From NCBI GenBank assembly GCA_001803165.1, contig MHAZ01000016.1, positions 23,219 through 87,218 of the forward strand: a stretch of 64,000 bases of DNA, in the 5' to 3' direction. Source of the DNA: Stygiobacter sp. RIFOXYC2_FULL_38_25. Its GTDB lineage: Bacteria > Bacteroidota > Ignavibacteria > Ignavibacteriales > Melioribacteraceae. This document shows, piece by piece, positions 19,006 to 28,944 of the stretch. The notes under the pieces are model-generated. The model worked only from the letters and a program-made list of their open reading frames with translations, did not search any database and had not been told where the DNA came from. Both the position numbers and the translations under genes were made by a program. Positions within the stretch are counted from its first letter, which is position 1. Every line of letters starts with the position of its first letter.

Positions 19006-20229
19006 TTATTCGTAACGAAGTGCTTCTATTGGGTCTAAGTTGGCGGCTTTTAGAGCCGGATAAACTCCAAAGACAACTCCAACAAAAGTAGTTACGGTGA
19101 GTCCAATTAAAATCCAATCAATTGGTATTACTACGTTAACACCAAGAGCAACCGCCACGATGTTACCGCCTATTACTCCGAGCAAAATGCCGATTAATCC
19201 TCCAAGCCAGCTAAGTGAGACAGCTTCTATTACAAACTGAGCCATTATGTTTTGTTTGCGAGCTCCAATTGCTTTGCGTATCCCTATTTCGCGAGTACGT
19301 TCCGTAACACTAACAAGCATTATGTTCATAATTCCTATTCCGGCAGCAAGCAGGGCTATGAACGCAACGACTCCGGCGCCAATTTTAAAATACTTAGTGA
19401 TATCATTAAACTGTTCAACAAGCTGCTCGTTGGTAATTATTTCAAAATCATTTTCATCACCCGGGGCAACTTTTCTAATCTTGCGAAGCGCGCCGATTAC
19501 TTCATCCTTTGCTTCTTCAATTTGCTCTTTATCTTTTACCATTACCGTAAAGTTAGCGCTTCGTTCCGTACCGAAACATCTTTGAAAAACTGAAAGCGGC
19601 AAACCAACAAAATTATCTTGCGATTGACCAAAAATACTTCCTCGTTTTTCGAAGACACCAACAACCTCTGCGTTAACATCTTCAATTTTTATTATTTGTC
19701 CTATCGGAGATATTCTCTTAAATAAAGTTTCGGCAATATCGCTACCAATGACTGTTACTGCCCTAGCAACATCGTCATCAGATTTTGACATACTTCTACC
19801 CTCAGCAATTTTTAAATCCCGAGCTATGAAAAAATCGAAATTAGCGCCAATAACGCTAACGTTTGGATTTGTCTTCTCATTTTTAAACTTAATAGTTCTT
19901 CCACCTCTACCAACAGTAATTCCTATTGCAGCCGGTATAGTTGTAATTTCCCGTAATTTCATTCCTTCTTTAATTAGAAGGTTTTTTCTGTTGCGTCTAT
20001 CTCTGTTATGCGGACCCATTTGGATTGCAGGCCACTTCTGCACTATGAAATTATTGGTGCCAATAGAATTAAAAGTATCAACAACACTTTGCTGAATCGC
20101 ACTTATCGCCGTCATAACTATAATAATCGAAAATAGACCGACGGCAATTCCAAGTAGAGTAAGAATAGATCTAAGTTTGCTAGTTCTGATTGAACTGAAC
20201 GCTAGTTTAATACTTTCGAAGATTTGCAT
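19006..20229 (-). CDS. MacB/FtsX-family ABC permease (type B, second pair)
   Basis: RSILTLLGIAVG, periplasmic MacB domain, GIMNIMLVSVTERTREIGIRKAIGA, LDPIEALRYE. Confidence 0.92.
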   Translation of the reverse strand: MQIFESIKLAFSSIRTSKLRSILTLLGIAVGLFSIIIVMTAISAIQQSVVDTFNSIGTNNFIVQKWPAIQMGPHNRDRRNRKNLLIKEGMKLREITTIPAAIGITVGRGGRTIKFKNEKTNPNVSVIGANFDFFIARDLKIAEGRSMSKSDDDVARAVTVIGSDIAETLFKRISPIGQIIKIEDVNAEVVGVFEKRGSIFGQSQDNFVGLPLSVFQRCFGTERSANFTVMVKDKEQIEEAKDEVIGALRKIRKVAPGDENDFEIITNEQLVEQFNDITKYFKIGAGVVAFIALLAAGIGIMNIMLVSVTERTREIGIRKAIGARKQNIMAQFVIEAVSLSWLGGLIGILLGVIGGNIVAVALGVNVVIPIDWILIGLTVTTFVGVVFGVYPALKAANLDPIEALRYE

Positions 20230-21464
20230 TATTCATACCTCAACGCATCAACCGGATTAAGTCTAGAAGCTTTCCAAGCCGGTAAGAAACCGGAGACAAC
20301 ACCAACAATTGCCGAAATCATAATTGCCATTGCTGCAACCGTCCATGGTAAGGTTGTTGGCAAGAACTGGTTTACAATCAGACTTAACGGAAATGAAATC
20401 AATAGGCCAACTAAACCACCCATCACACAAAGTAAGGCAGCTTCCACCAAAAACTGTAAAAGAATAGACCAAGTTTTTGCTCCAATAGCTTTTCTGATGC
20501 CAATTTCTTTGGTTCTTTCCGTAACTGTTACAAACATTATGTTCATAATTCCAATTGCGCCAACAAAAAGAGATAAAGCTGTAATTACTATACCGGCTAT
20601 GGCTATAATACCAACTGTTTGGTCGTACATTTGTTTAAATGCTTCTTGTTGATTAATTGCAAAGTCGTCGTCTTTACCTGGGGGAACTTTACGTATAACG
20701 CGCATAGCGCCCCTTATTTCTTCCTTTGCATCTTCAAGTTTATCTACATCACCTACTTTTACATTTATTGTTAATCTTCCTCGTTCGTCGCCGGCAATAG
20801 TTGTAAATGCTTTCAACGGCATAATAATCATTCCATCCATACTGAAAGAACCTAAAAAGCCGCTTCCCTGTTTTGTCATAATGCCTATTACTTTGAATGG
20901 AATGCCGTTAAGTTTAACTTCTTTATTGATTGGACTTTCGAATGGGAAAAGCTCATCTACTATATCTTGACCAATCATACATACTTTTCTGCCGGCTTTA
21001 ACATCTATTTCGTTCATAAATCTACCTTGTTCCAGCTCTATAGTAGATGTGCGCTGGTATTCTTCGGTTGTACCATAAACAACTGAGGAAGTAACAGATT
21101 TTCCATTATACTTTACAGTCAATCCGAAAGTCGAAATTGTAGGAGCGATTGCATCGTAAGTCTTAATCATAGTCTGCAATTTTTCATATTGCTCAAGAGT
21201 AATATTTTTTCTGTTACGGTAAAGGCTCCAGTTCCCTCTAGCCATCCAAGGACTTTTACTAACATATAGAACATCGCTTCCAAGTGAAGAAATTGAAGAG
21301 AGGAACGCTTCGCGTAAACCTATTATTGCGGTAGACATTGTGGTAACGGCAACAATACCAATGATAATACCTAGAGTAGTTAAAATGGATCTCATCTTAT
21401 TTGCTCTAATTGCTCTTAGTGCTATTGCTAAGACTTCCCCAAATTCGATAAAGAAATTTTTCAT
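20229..21464 (-). CDS. MacB/FtsX-family ABC permease (type A, second pair)
   Basis: RANKMRSILTTLGIIIG, GIMNIMFVTVTERTKEIGIRKAIGA, LNPVDALRYE. Start refined to MKNFFIEF (21464). Confidence 0.92.
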   Translation of the reverse strand: MKNFFIEFGEVLAIALRAIRANKMRSILTTLGIIIGIVAVTTMSTAIIGLREAFLSSISSLGSDVLYVSKSPWMARGNWSLYRNRKNITLEQYEKLQTMIKTYDAIAPTISTFGLTVKYNGKSVTSSVVYGTTEEYQRTSTIELEQGRFMNEIDVKAGRKVCMIGQDIVDELFPFESPINKEVKLNGIPFKVIGIMTKQGSGFLGSFSMDGMIIMPLKAFTTIAGDERGRLTINVKVGDVDKLEDAKEEIRGAMRVIRKVPPGKDDDFAINQQEAFKQMYDQTVGIIAIAGIVITALSLFVGAIGIMNIMFVTVTERTKEIGIRKAIGAKTWSILLQFLVEAALLCVMGGLVGLLISFPLSLIVNQFLPTTLPWTVAAMAIMISAIVGVVSGFLPAWKASRLNPVDALRYE

Positions 21465-21517
21465 TTCCGAGACTTGTGTTTTTCTTTTTAGCAATATAGT
21501 TAAGCAGCTTTTAAAAC

Positions 21518-21547
21518 AAAAAAGGCTGCAATTTTATTTGCAGCCTT
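21518..21547 (-). terminator. Intrinsic terminator between the two permease pairs
   Basis: 10-bp stem AAGGCTGCAA/TTGCAGCCTT, 6-nt loop, U-tract on the minus strand (A-run 21518-21523). Confidence 0.75.
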
Positions 21548-21559
21548 AAAAACATTTTT

Positions 21560-22789
21560 TTATTCGTACCGCAGGGCTTCTATAGGATCTAGATTGGAAG
21601 CCTTGTAAGCAGGATAAGTACCAAAGGTAACTCCAATTACTACACACAGAATAACTCCAATGATAACCCAATCTATTGGAATCACCGCCGCTGCATTGAG
21701 AAACGAGCCGGCGAGATTCCCAACAATTATGCCGAGCAAGATTCCTACAAGACCTCCTAACAGGCTAAGCACAACAGCTTCACTTAAAAATTGGAATAGA
21801 ATATTAATTTTTCTTGCACCAATTGCTTTGCGTATTCCAATTTCGCGAGTACGTTCGGTGACTGAAACCAGCATGATATTCATAATACCAACACCGGCTG
21901 CAAGCAATGCAATCCCGGCAATAACTAAGGAACCAATTCTAACTCCGCTCGTAATGTCATTAACTTGAGAAAGAATACTTTCATTTGAGAAAATATCGAA
22001 ATTGTCCGGTTCACCCGCTTTAACTTTTCTAATCGTGCGGAAATAACCGGTAGCAAGTTCCATCAAATCAGTGTAAGAAGCATCTTCAAATCCCATAACG
22101 GTAATGTTTATGCTGCGGAATCTTTTTCCATAAATAGACTGAAACGTAGTGATCGGCATAATAGCAAAGTTATCACGGCTTTGTCCAAATACATCGCCTT
22201 GAGATTCAAGAACACCAATAACTCTTAACTTCTTTCCATCAACATTAACATACTGATCTATTGCGCTGATATTGGGGAAAAGTTTTTTCGAAATATCCGG
22301 TCCTAAAACAATATAGTTTTGATAGCTCTGAACATCTCTATCACTTATACCACGTCCATCTTCAACTACCCATTTATTATTTGGGAATGCTTCCGGTGTA
22401 ACTCCGGATATTTGAATATTAGGATTGGTTTCTCTGCCACCGGATTTAATTTGAACTCCAAAATTCCATTGTTCGGCACCAACATATTTTGCTTCGGTAA
22501 GCTTATCCTTTAGCTGAAAATATTCTTCCAACTTAATATCCGGGCGGTTTCTGAAGCGGGCGCGGTTATTACCTCCTTCATTTACAGCAGGCCATTTCTG
22601 GATTTGGAAAGTGTTCTGCCCTAATTGCGAAACGCCTTCTTCAATACTTGTCTGAAGCATCTCAATAACTGTGCTAATTACAATTATCGAAAATATGCCG
22701 ACTACAATTCCAAGTATTGTAAGTATAGAGCGTAATTTATTGGCGCGTAAAGATGAAAGCGCAACTAAAATAACTTCGAGAATTCTCAT
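21560..22789 (-). CDS. MacB/FtsX-family ABC permease (type B, first pair)
   Basis: RANKLRSILTILGIVVG, GIMNIMLVSVTERTREIGIRKAIGA, LDPIEALRYE. Confidence 0.92.
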   Translation of the reverse strand: MRILEVILVALSSLRANKLRSILTILGIVVGIFSIIVISTVIEMLQTSIEEGVSQLGQNTFQIQKWPAVNEGGNNRARFRNRPDIKLEEYFQLKDKLTEAKYVGAEQWNFGVQIKSGGRETNPNIQISGVTPEAFPNNKWVVEDGRGISDRDVQSYQNYIVLGPDISKKLFPNISAIDQYVNVDGKKLRVIGVLESQGDVFGQSRDNFAIMPITTFQSIYGKRFRSINITVMGFEDASYTDLMELATGYFRTIRKVKAGEPDNFDIFSNESILSQVNDITSGVRIGSLVIAGIALLAAGVGIMNIMLVSVTERTREIGIRKAIGARKINILFQFLSEAVVLSLLGGLVGILLGIIVGNLAGSFLNAAAVIPIDWVIIGVILCVVIGVTFGTYPAYKASNLDPIEALRYE

Positions 22790-24024
22790 TCGTACCTCAA
22801 GGCTTCAACCGGATCTAACTTTGCAGCTGTGTAAGCCGGTGCAAATCCGGATAGAACTCCGGTGATAATTGAAATTGTTATTGCAAGAATTACAGCATCA
22901 ACTTGTACGGAAGTTGGTAAGAACTGATTAACAATTAAACTTAGTAGCGTTGCAATCCCTAAACCCACCAAACCACCGAACAAACAAATTACAGCGGATT
23001 CAGTTATGAACTGACCAAGTATTGTTCTGCGTTTTGCGCCGATAGCTTTTCGTATTCCAATTTCTTTGGTTCTCTCTTTAACAGAAACAAACATGATGTT
23101 CATAATTCCGATAGCACCAACAAACAAGGAAAGTCCGGTAATGAATAAGCCGGCAATTTGTATAACACCAACAGTTTCGTTAATTGTGTTGAGCAAACCT
23201 TCCTGCTGGTTGATTGAAAAATCATTCTCTTCGTTGTAAGCCAACCCGCGTACTCTGCGCATCAAACCAACTGCTTCTTCTTTTGTAGCTTCCACCATTT
23301 GGCTGTTCCTTGCACGTACATTAATTGTAACGCTGCGGAAGCTTTCACTTTGGAAATACTTAAATACATTTTGAATCGGGATGAACACTTGCTTATCGGG
23401 GTTGAAGTTACCCATCACCCAGCTGCCTTGTACTTCTAAAACACCAACAACCTTGAATTTGTGACCTTTCAATTTTACTTCTTGATCCAAAGCGTAGCCT
23501 TGAGGGAAAAGTGTTTTGGCAATATCGCTGCCAAGCACAATTACATTTCTGCCGCCGTTGCTTTCAAGCTCGTTAAAAAATCTTCCTTCACTAAAGGAAA
23601 GGTTTGTTGTTTTAATGTAATCTTCGTTAGTTCCTTGAATCATAACTTGATCAACAACTTTATCTTTATTCTTTACAGCTTGGAAACTCCAAACTGTAGG
23701 CGCAGTTGCTAACGGAAGTTTTGCAAGCTGTTTGTATTTCTCATAGTCTTGCAAATCCATATTCTTACGGTTGCGCAATTCCCACCATGGAGTATCGTTA
23801 TTAAACCATTCCCATTTATCAATGTAAAGATTATCCGAACCAAGAGAAGCTACACCGGTTTGGAATGCGTTATCAATTCCTTTAATTGCTGTTGACATAA
23901 GCACGACCGATGTAACGCCAATTACAATTCCTAATGTGGTTAGAATTGAACGAATTTTGTTTGCGCGTATTGCGCGAAACGAAATCGAAAATCCCTCTCT
24001 CATTTCAAATAAAAAGTCTTTCAT
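22786..24024 (-). CDS. MacB/FtsX-family ABC permease (type A, first pair)
   Basis: RANKIRSILTTLGIVIG, GIMNIMFVSVKERTKEIGIRKAIGA, LDPVEALRYE. Confidence 0.92.
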   Translation of the reverse strand: MKDFLFEMREGFSISFRAIRANKIRSILTTLGIVIGVTSVVLMSTAIKGIDNAFQTGVASLGSDNLYIDKWEWFNNDTPWWELRNRKNMDLQDYEKYKQLAKLPLATAPTVWSFQAVKNKDKVVDQVMIQGTNEDYIKTTNLSFSEGRFFNELESNGGRNVIVLGSDIAKTLFPQGYALDQEVKLKGHKFKVVGVLEVQGSWVMGNFNPDKQVFIPIQNVFKYFQSESFRSVTINVRARNSQMVEATKEEAVGLMRRVRGLAYNEENDFSINQQEGLLNTINETVGVIQIAGLFITGLSLFVGAIGIMNIMFVSVKERTKEIGIRKAIGAKRRTILGQFITESAVICLFGGLVGLGIATLLSLIVNQFLPTSVQVDAVILAITISIITGVLSGFAPAYTAAKLDPVEALRYE

Positions 24025-24032
24025 ATCAATCC

Positions 24033-24755
24033 TTAGATTTTAGATTCACCGTTTTTCTTGGGAATGTATCTATCTTTTACATGTTCATCTTTCTCAATTA
24101 AACCGTCTCTAATTCTCAAAATTCTTTCTGCGTGCTCGGCAATGTATTCTTCGTGAGTTACAAGAATAATTGTATTGCCTTGCTCGTAGATTTCGTTAAA
24201 CAAAGCCATGATGTCTTCACCGGTTTTTGTATCAAGGTTACCTGTTGGTTCATCAGCAAGAATGATTGAAGGTCTTGTAACAAGCGCTCTTGCGATAGCT
24301 ACACGCTGACGCTGTCCGCCGGAAAGCTCATTTGGTCTGTGATGCATTCTATCAGCCAAGCCTACGTGAGCCAAAGCTTCTTTTGCTCTCTCTTTTCTAT
24401 CGGCAGAAGGAACTCCGGCATATATAAGAGGAAGTTCTACGTTGTGAAGTGCGTCTGATCTAGCTAACAAATTAAATGTTTGGAACACGAAACCGATTTC
24501 TCTATTTCTAATCTTAGCCAATTCATTATCATTCATCTGGCTAACGTTAACATCGTTAAAGTTATAGATTCCTTTAGTCGGTGTATCCAAGCATCCAAGT
24601 ATATTCATCAAAGTTGATTTACCGGAACCTGATGGTCCCATAATGGCGACGTACTCGCCTTTATCAATCTTTAAAGAAACATCAGCAAGCGCATGAACTT
24701 CTTCCGTACCTACTTGATAGATTTTTGCAATATGTTCTATGGTTATGATGTTCAT
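24033..24755 (-). CDS. MacB/LolD-type ABC ATP-binding protein
   Basis: [41 protein letters not shown]: all motifs intact. Confidence 0.95.
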   Translation of the reverse strand: MNIITIEHIAKIYQVGTEEVHALADVSLKIDKGEYVAIMGPSGSGKSTLMNILGCLDTPTKGIYNFNDVNVSQMNDNELAKIRNREIGFVFQTFNLLARSDALHNVELPLIYAGVPSADRKERAKEALAHVGLADRMHHRPNELSGGQRQRVAIARALVTRPSIILADEPTGNLDTKTGEDIMALFNEIYEQGNTIILVTHEEYIAEHAERILRIRDGLIEKDEHVKDRYIPKKNGESKI

Positions 24756-24797
24756 TTTTTTTCTCGTTTTGGTTAATAATCCCGTTTTGCGGGGAAA

Positions 24798-26087
24798 TTA
24801 TTTTTTCTCTTTATCACCTGAGCGCTTGGACTGCAACGAAATCTTTGTTCCTTCTTCTAATTCTTTAGAGATAGCTCTATACGGACCGCTAACAACATCT
24901 TCACCGCCGCTTAAGCCGCTTTGAATTTCGATATATGTATCATCACTGATTCCGGTCTTAACTTCAATCATCTTTGCTTTATTGTCTTTAGTAATAAATA
25001 CAACTTCTTTGGCTTTGTTGGCTTTTCCATTTTTCGGTTTTACTTCTTGAGCAGCCATATCGCCACCTTCACCTTCCGGTTCTTTCATCATCGGCTTATC
25101 CATTCTGGCAGTAACACTTTGAATTGGAACAGCTAAAACATTGGCTTTGGTTTCTGTCTTCACATCAGCATCGCAAGACATACCCGGGCGTAATTGTTTG
25201 CCCGGATCATCAATGAGAACTCTAACTTCAAAGTTTACAACTTCATCTTGAGTACCTAACCCTTTAGAAACCGCACTGTTACCAATCTGAGTAACTTTTC
25301 CTTTGAATTCTTTGTCGCCAAAAGCATCAACTTTTACTTTTGCTTCGTCACCAACCGAAACTAATACTACATCGTTTTCATCTACATCTACGCGGGCTTC
25401 CATTTGACTTAAATCAGCAACAGTCAAAATTTCTGTTCCCGGACTAAAATTACTTCCGAGTACACGTTGTGCTAATTCAACACTCAATTTGCTTATTGTT
25501 CCGTTCATTGGAGCGTAAACATAAGTTTTATTCAAAGTTTCGTTAGATTCTTTTAAAGCAGCTTCGGATTGAACTACAAATGATTTTTGTGATTCATAGC
25601 TGCCAAGAGTTTGTAAGTAGATAGCTTTGGATGCTTCTAGTTCGGAATCACTTGCAAGCTTCTTTTGGAATAATCCTTGAACACGTTTGTAGTCTGATTC
25701 AACTTTATCTAACTGAGCTTTTGTAGAGCTCAATGATGCTTTGGATTGTTCTAATCTAGCAGCAGAATTGTTTCGTTGTGCTTCGTAAATATCCGGTTTA
25801 ATTCTAACAAGGAGCTGCCCTTTTCTAACAACGTCTCCCTCTTTAACACCTAGATAAACAATTTCACCTGTAGCTTCTGCGCTAATCATAACCTGATAAA
25901 CCGGGTTTATTTTACCGGTTGCAGATACTACTTGTGTAATAGTTCTCTTCTCAACTTTTTCAGTCTGAACGTTAACTATGTTTTCTTTATCTCCGCCAAA
26001 AACGACCAGCAGAAGAATAACAACAACAAGCAGACCCAATCCGCCGAAAATAAAAAGTTTCTTTTTGGTTTTTTTCCCGTTAGCCAT
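24798..26087 (-). CDS. MacA/HlyD-family periplasmic adaptor (membrane fusion protein)
   Basis: N-terminal TM, GEIVYLGVKEGDVVRKGQLL lipoyl half, APMNGTIS, LRPGMS. Confidence 0.92.
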   Translation of the reverse strand: MANGKKTKKKLFIFGGLGLLVVVILLLVVFGGDKENIVNVQTEKVEKRTITQVVSATGKINPVYQVMISAEATGEIVYLGVKEGDVVRKGQLLVRIKPDIYEAQRNNSAARLEQSKASLSSTKAQLDKVESDYKRVQGLFQKKLASDSELEASKAIYLQTLGSYESQKSFVVQSEAALKESNETLNKTYVYAPMNGTISKLSVELAQRVLGSNFSPGTEILTVADLSQMEARVDVDENDVVLVSVGDEAKVKVDAFGDKEFKGKVTQIGNSAVSKGLGTQDEVVNFEVRVLIDDPGKQLRPGMSCDADVKTETKANVLAVPIQSVTARMDKPMMKEPEGEGGDMAAQEVKPKNGKANKAKEVVFITKDNKAKMIEVKTGISDDTYIEIQSGLSGGEDVVSGPYRAISKELEEGTKISLQSKRSGDKEKK

Positions 26088-26110
26088 CTCGTTTACTCCT
26101 TGATGTAATT

Positions 26111-27457
26111 TTATTCAAATTTTGAAAAGTCTAATCTACCGATTGCGTTGTTCAGCTTATCATATTGGCGGTAGAAATCAAAAACAGTATTAATTTTATT
26201 TCTTAGCGCATCAACATAATCTCTGTTTGCTTGAAGAACTTCTAGAATGGTTGCCGAACCGAGATTATATCTTTCTTGATTAATCTTTCTGTTTTCTTCG
26301 GCAGCGGTTACATTTTTTAAAGCAACTTCCAAACTCTTTTTTGCAGCAACTAAATCATTATGTCCTTGCTTAACTTCAATTTTAATTTGTCTTTCCAATG
26401 CTAATAAATCTTCTTTAGCATTCATAGTTGTAATCTCTGCTTGCTGAATTGCTGTCTCGGTAGAAAAATTTGAGAAAATTGGAATGTTCAGATTCAAGCT
26501 AACACTAAGTGTTTTTCTATCAAACAATTTGTCCAAAGAAATAGCTCCAGTACCATAACGATAATCAGCAGATATTGAAGGCATAACACCTGACCAAGCA
26601 ATTGTTTCTCCTTTTTTAGCAGTGCTAACTTCTAATTGCTGACTCTTGAAATCAAATCTCTTATCAAGTGCCACGCTTACTAATGTTTGGATGTCTTCAA
26701 AATTCTTCATGTAGGTATTAGTATCAATTGCGCGGTCTGCACCAAACGGATTAACCAATGCATACTCTTCCATTACATTCAAAGCGAGATAGCTTAACAA
26801 ACCATTCTTAGCCTGGTCGTAAGCATTCTGCGCTTGTATCAAAGCTAGCTCTGCATTGCCTAATTGAACTTGTGCCGCGTAAACATCAGCCACGGCAACA
26901 GAGCCAAGTTTATTTCTTTCATTAACACTTTCATAAAACTTTTGGAAGTATTTTACATTCTCTTCACGTACACGCATCAAGTCTTCTGCATTAAGCACAA
27001 CATAGTAAAAATCAGTTGTTTGATAAACTATGGTCTGCTTCAATTTTGCAATGTTGTATTGAGATGCTTCTAAATTGTTCTGTCTTTGTGAAATGGTAGC
27101 ATAATTTGCCAAACCGTTGAATAAAGTTACTCCACCGCCAATTCCTGCACTGTAACTTCTGTTTTCTGCAGTAGATGCCGGAACTTCAACTAATTCACCA
27201 AGAAAGTTTCTTTGGCTGCTGCCCGCGTCTTCAATTCTTTGCCAGCTTAATCCCGCACTTGCACCAAGGCTTGGCAACAGTTCACCATAAGCATTTTTTA
27301 GCTGTGCTTTTGCACCATCTAAGCTGTTTTTAAGTTTAATAAGATTTGGGTTTTTTTGTAAAGCTATTTTTACGGCTTCATCAAGCGTAAGTTGCTTTTG
27401 AGCAAACGTTGGTAACGTAACCAAGAGTGCCGCCACAATCAATAAGTACTTCTTCAT
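26111..27457 (-). CDS. tolC: TolC-family outer-membrane efflux channel
   Basis: Signal peptide, LTLDEAVKIALQKNP, two OEP repeats, RYNLGSATILEV. Confidence 0.9.
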   Translation of the reverse strand: MKKYLLIVAALLVTLPTFAQKQLTLDEAVKIALQKNPNLIKLKNSLDGAKAQLKNAYGELLPSLGASAGLSWQRIEDAGSSQRNFLGELVEVPASTAENRSYSAGIGGGVTLFNGLANYATISQRQNNLEASQYNIAKLKQTIVYQTTDFYYVVLNAEDLMRVREENVKYFQKFYESVNERNKLGSVAVADVYAAQVQLGNAELALIQAQNAYDQAKNGLLSYLALNVMEEYALVNPFGADRAIDTNTYMKNFEDIQTLVSVALDKRFDFKSQQLEVSTAKKGETIAWSGVMPSISADYRYGTGAISLDKLFDRKTLSVSLNLNIPIFSNFSTETAIQQAEITTMNAKEDLLALERQIKIEVKQGHNDLVAAKKSLEVALKNVTAAEENRKINQERYNLGSATILEVLQANRDYVDALRNKINTVFDFYRQYDKLNNAIGRLDFSKFE

Positions 27458-27540
27458 GTAAATTCTCCCTTTGAGAACATTTTTAATTTACTGTCATTTG
27501 AGACGATTTATATGCATTAAAAGTTACACTAAATTACTTT

Positions 27541-28944
27541 TTATTTATTCAGAAATTCATCTTTAATCTGCATGAAGTAAGCATAAGCTTCTTCGTAATT
27601 ATTCCCGATTTGACCATCAAGAATTGCATCTTCAATTGCGGTTTTAATATCACCAACTAGTTTGGAAGGTTTGATTCCGCAGACTTGCATAATTTCTTCT
27701 CCGCGAACCGGTGATTGAAACGCACGTAGCTGATCTCGTTCTTTAACATCACGTACTTTCTGCATTACGATTTCATAGTTTTCCAAATAGCGGCTAACCT
27801 TTGTTGGGTTCTTGCTTGTAATATCTGCACGGCAAAGTGTAATCAAATCTTCTAAGTCTTCATCGGCAGCTACAATCAATCTTCGAATGGCTGAATCGGT
27901 TACAATCTCATCAGCAAGCGCAATTGGGCGAAGGTGAAGTCTTACCAGCTTTTCAATGTACTCTAATTTAGTAAGAGGTAATTTTAATCTTGTGAAAATA
28001 CTTTTCATCATTCGCGCGCCAAGATCTTCATGCCCGTGAAAAGTCCAGCCGATTCCTTCAACAAATCTTTTTGTTGGCGGCTTTGCAATATCATGCACGA
28101 GTGCGGCAAAGCGAAGCCATACATCACCGCTAACGTTTGCAAGGTTATCAACCACTTTGCAAGTGTGGTAAAAAACATCTTTATGATGAAAATCTTTTCT
28201 CTGTTCAACGCCGCCAAGGTTATGAATTTCCGGAAAAACAACTTTCATCACACCGCTTTCGTACAAAAGTTTTAGTCCAACACTTGGTTTTGGCGATTCC
28301 AAAATTTTTAGAAACTCTTCTGTTATTCTTTCTTGCGAAACAATTTTAAGCCGTTCTGCCATTTCTGTTGCAGCAGCTATTACAGAAGATTCAATTTCAA
28401 AATTGAGCTGAGATGCGAAACGAAACGCGCGCATAATTCGCAACGGATCGTCATCAAAAGTCTTTAACGGATCAAGCGGAGTTTTGATAATCCTCTTCTC
28501 GATATCAGCGATACCATTGAATTTATCTACCAGCTCGCCAAAATTTTCTTTGTTCATCGAAACGGCAAGCGTGTTTATTGTAAAGTCTCTTCTATCTAAA
28601 TCATCATCAAGCGTTCCGCTCTCAACTTTTGGATTGCGACTGTTTCGCTTGTAAGATTCTTTTCTGGCACCAACAAACTCCAGCGCCATTCCTTGAAAAT
28701 CGAAATGAGCAGTACCAAAATTCTTGTAGATTACTATATCGTTAATGCCGAGAGCATTAGCAAAATCTTTTGCAAAAGCCGGTCCATCGCCTACTACTAA
28801 AAAATCCATTTCTTTCTTGGTTCTGCCAAGTAATATGTCTCTAACGAAACCGCCAACGAGATATACATCTTCACTGCGCGATTCTGCAGTTGAACTTAAT
28901 TTTGATAGATAAGAGTATTGAACAAGATTTTCTTTCAGATTCAT
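27541..28944 (-). CDS. cca: CCA-adding tRNA nucleotidyltransferase with HD domain
   Basis: YLVGGFVRD, DLDRRDFTIN, DDPLRIMRAFRF, SQERI, LVHDIAKP. Confidence 0.9.
   Translation of the reverse strand: MNLKENLVQYSYLSKLSSTAESRSEDVYLVGGFVRDILLGRTKKEMDFLVVGDGPAFAKDFANALGINDIVIYKNFGTAHFDFQGMALEFVGARKESYKRNSRNPKVESGTLDDDLDRRDFTINTLAVSMNKENFGELVDKFNGIADIEKRIIKTPLDPLKTFDDDPLRIMRAFRFASQLNFEIESSVIAAATEMAERLKIVSQERITEEFLKILESPKPSVGLKLLYESGVMKVVFPEIHNLGGVEQRKDFHHKDVFYHTCKVVDNLANVSGDVWLRFAALVHDIAKPPTKRFVEGIGWTFHGHEDLGARMMKSIFTRLKLPLTKLEYIEKLVRLHLRPIALADEIVTDSAIRRLIVAADEDLEDLITLCRADITSKNPTKVSRYLENYEIVMQKVRDVKERDQLRAFQSPVRGEEIMQVCGIKPSKLVGDIKTAIEDAILDGQIGNNYEEAYAYFMQIKDEFLNK

Noticed and set aside
18935-19117. 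60-aa ORF ending at the large OMP start, as a possible leader peptide
   Set aside because: Mostly an alternative frame of the permease 3' end; no supporting signals.
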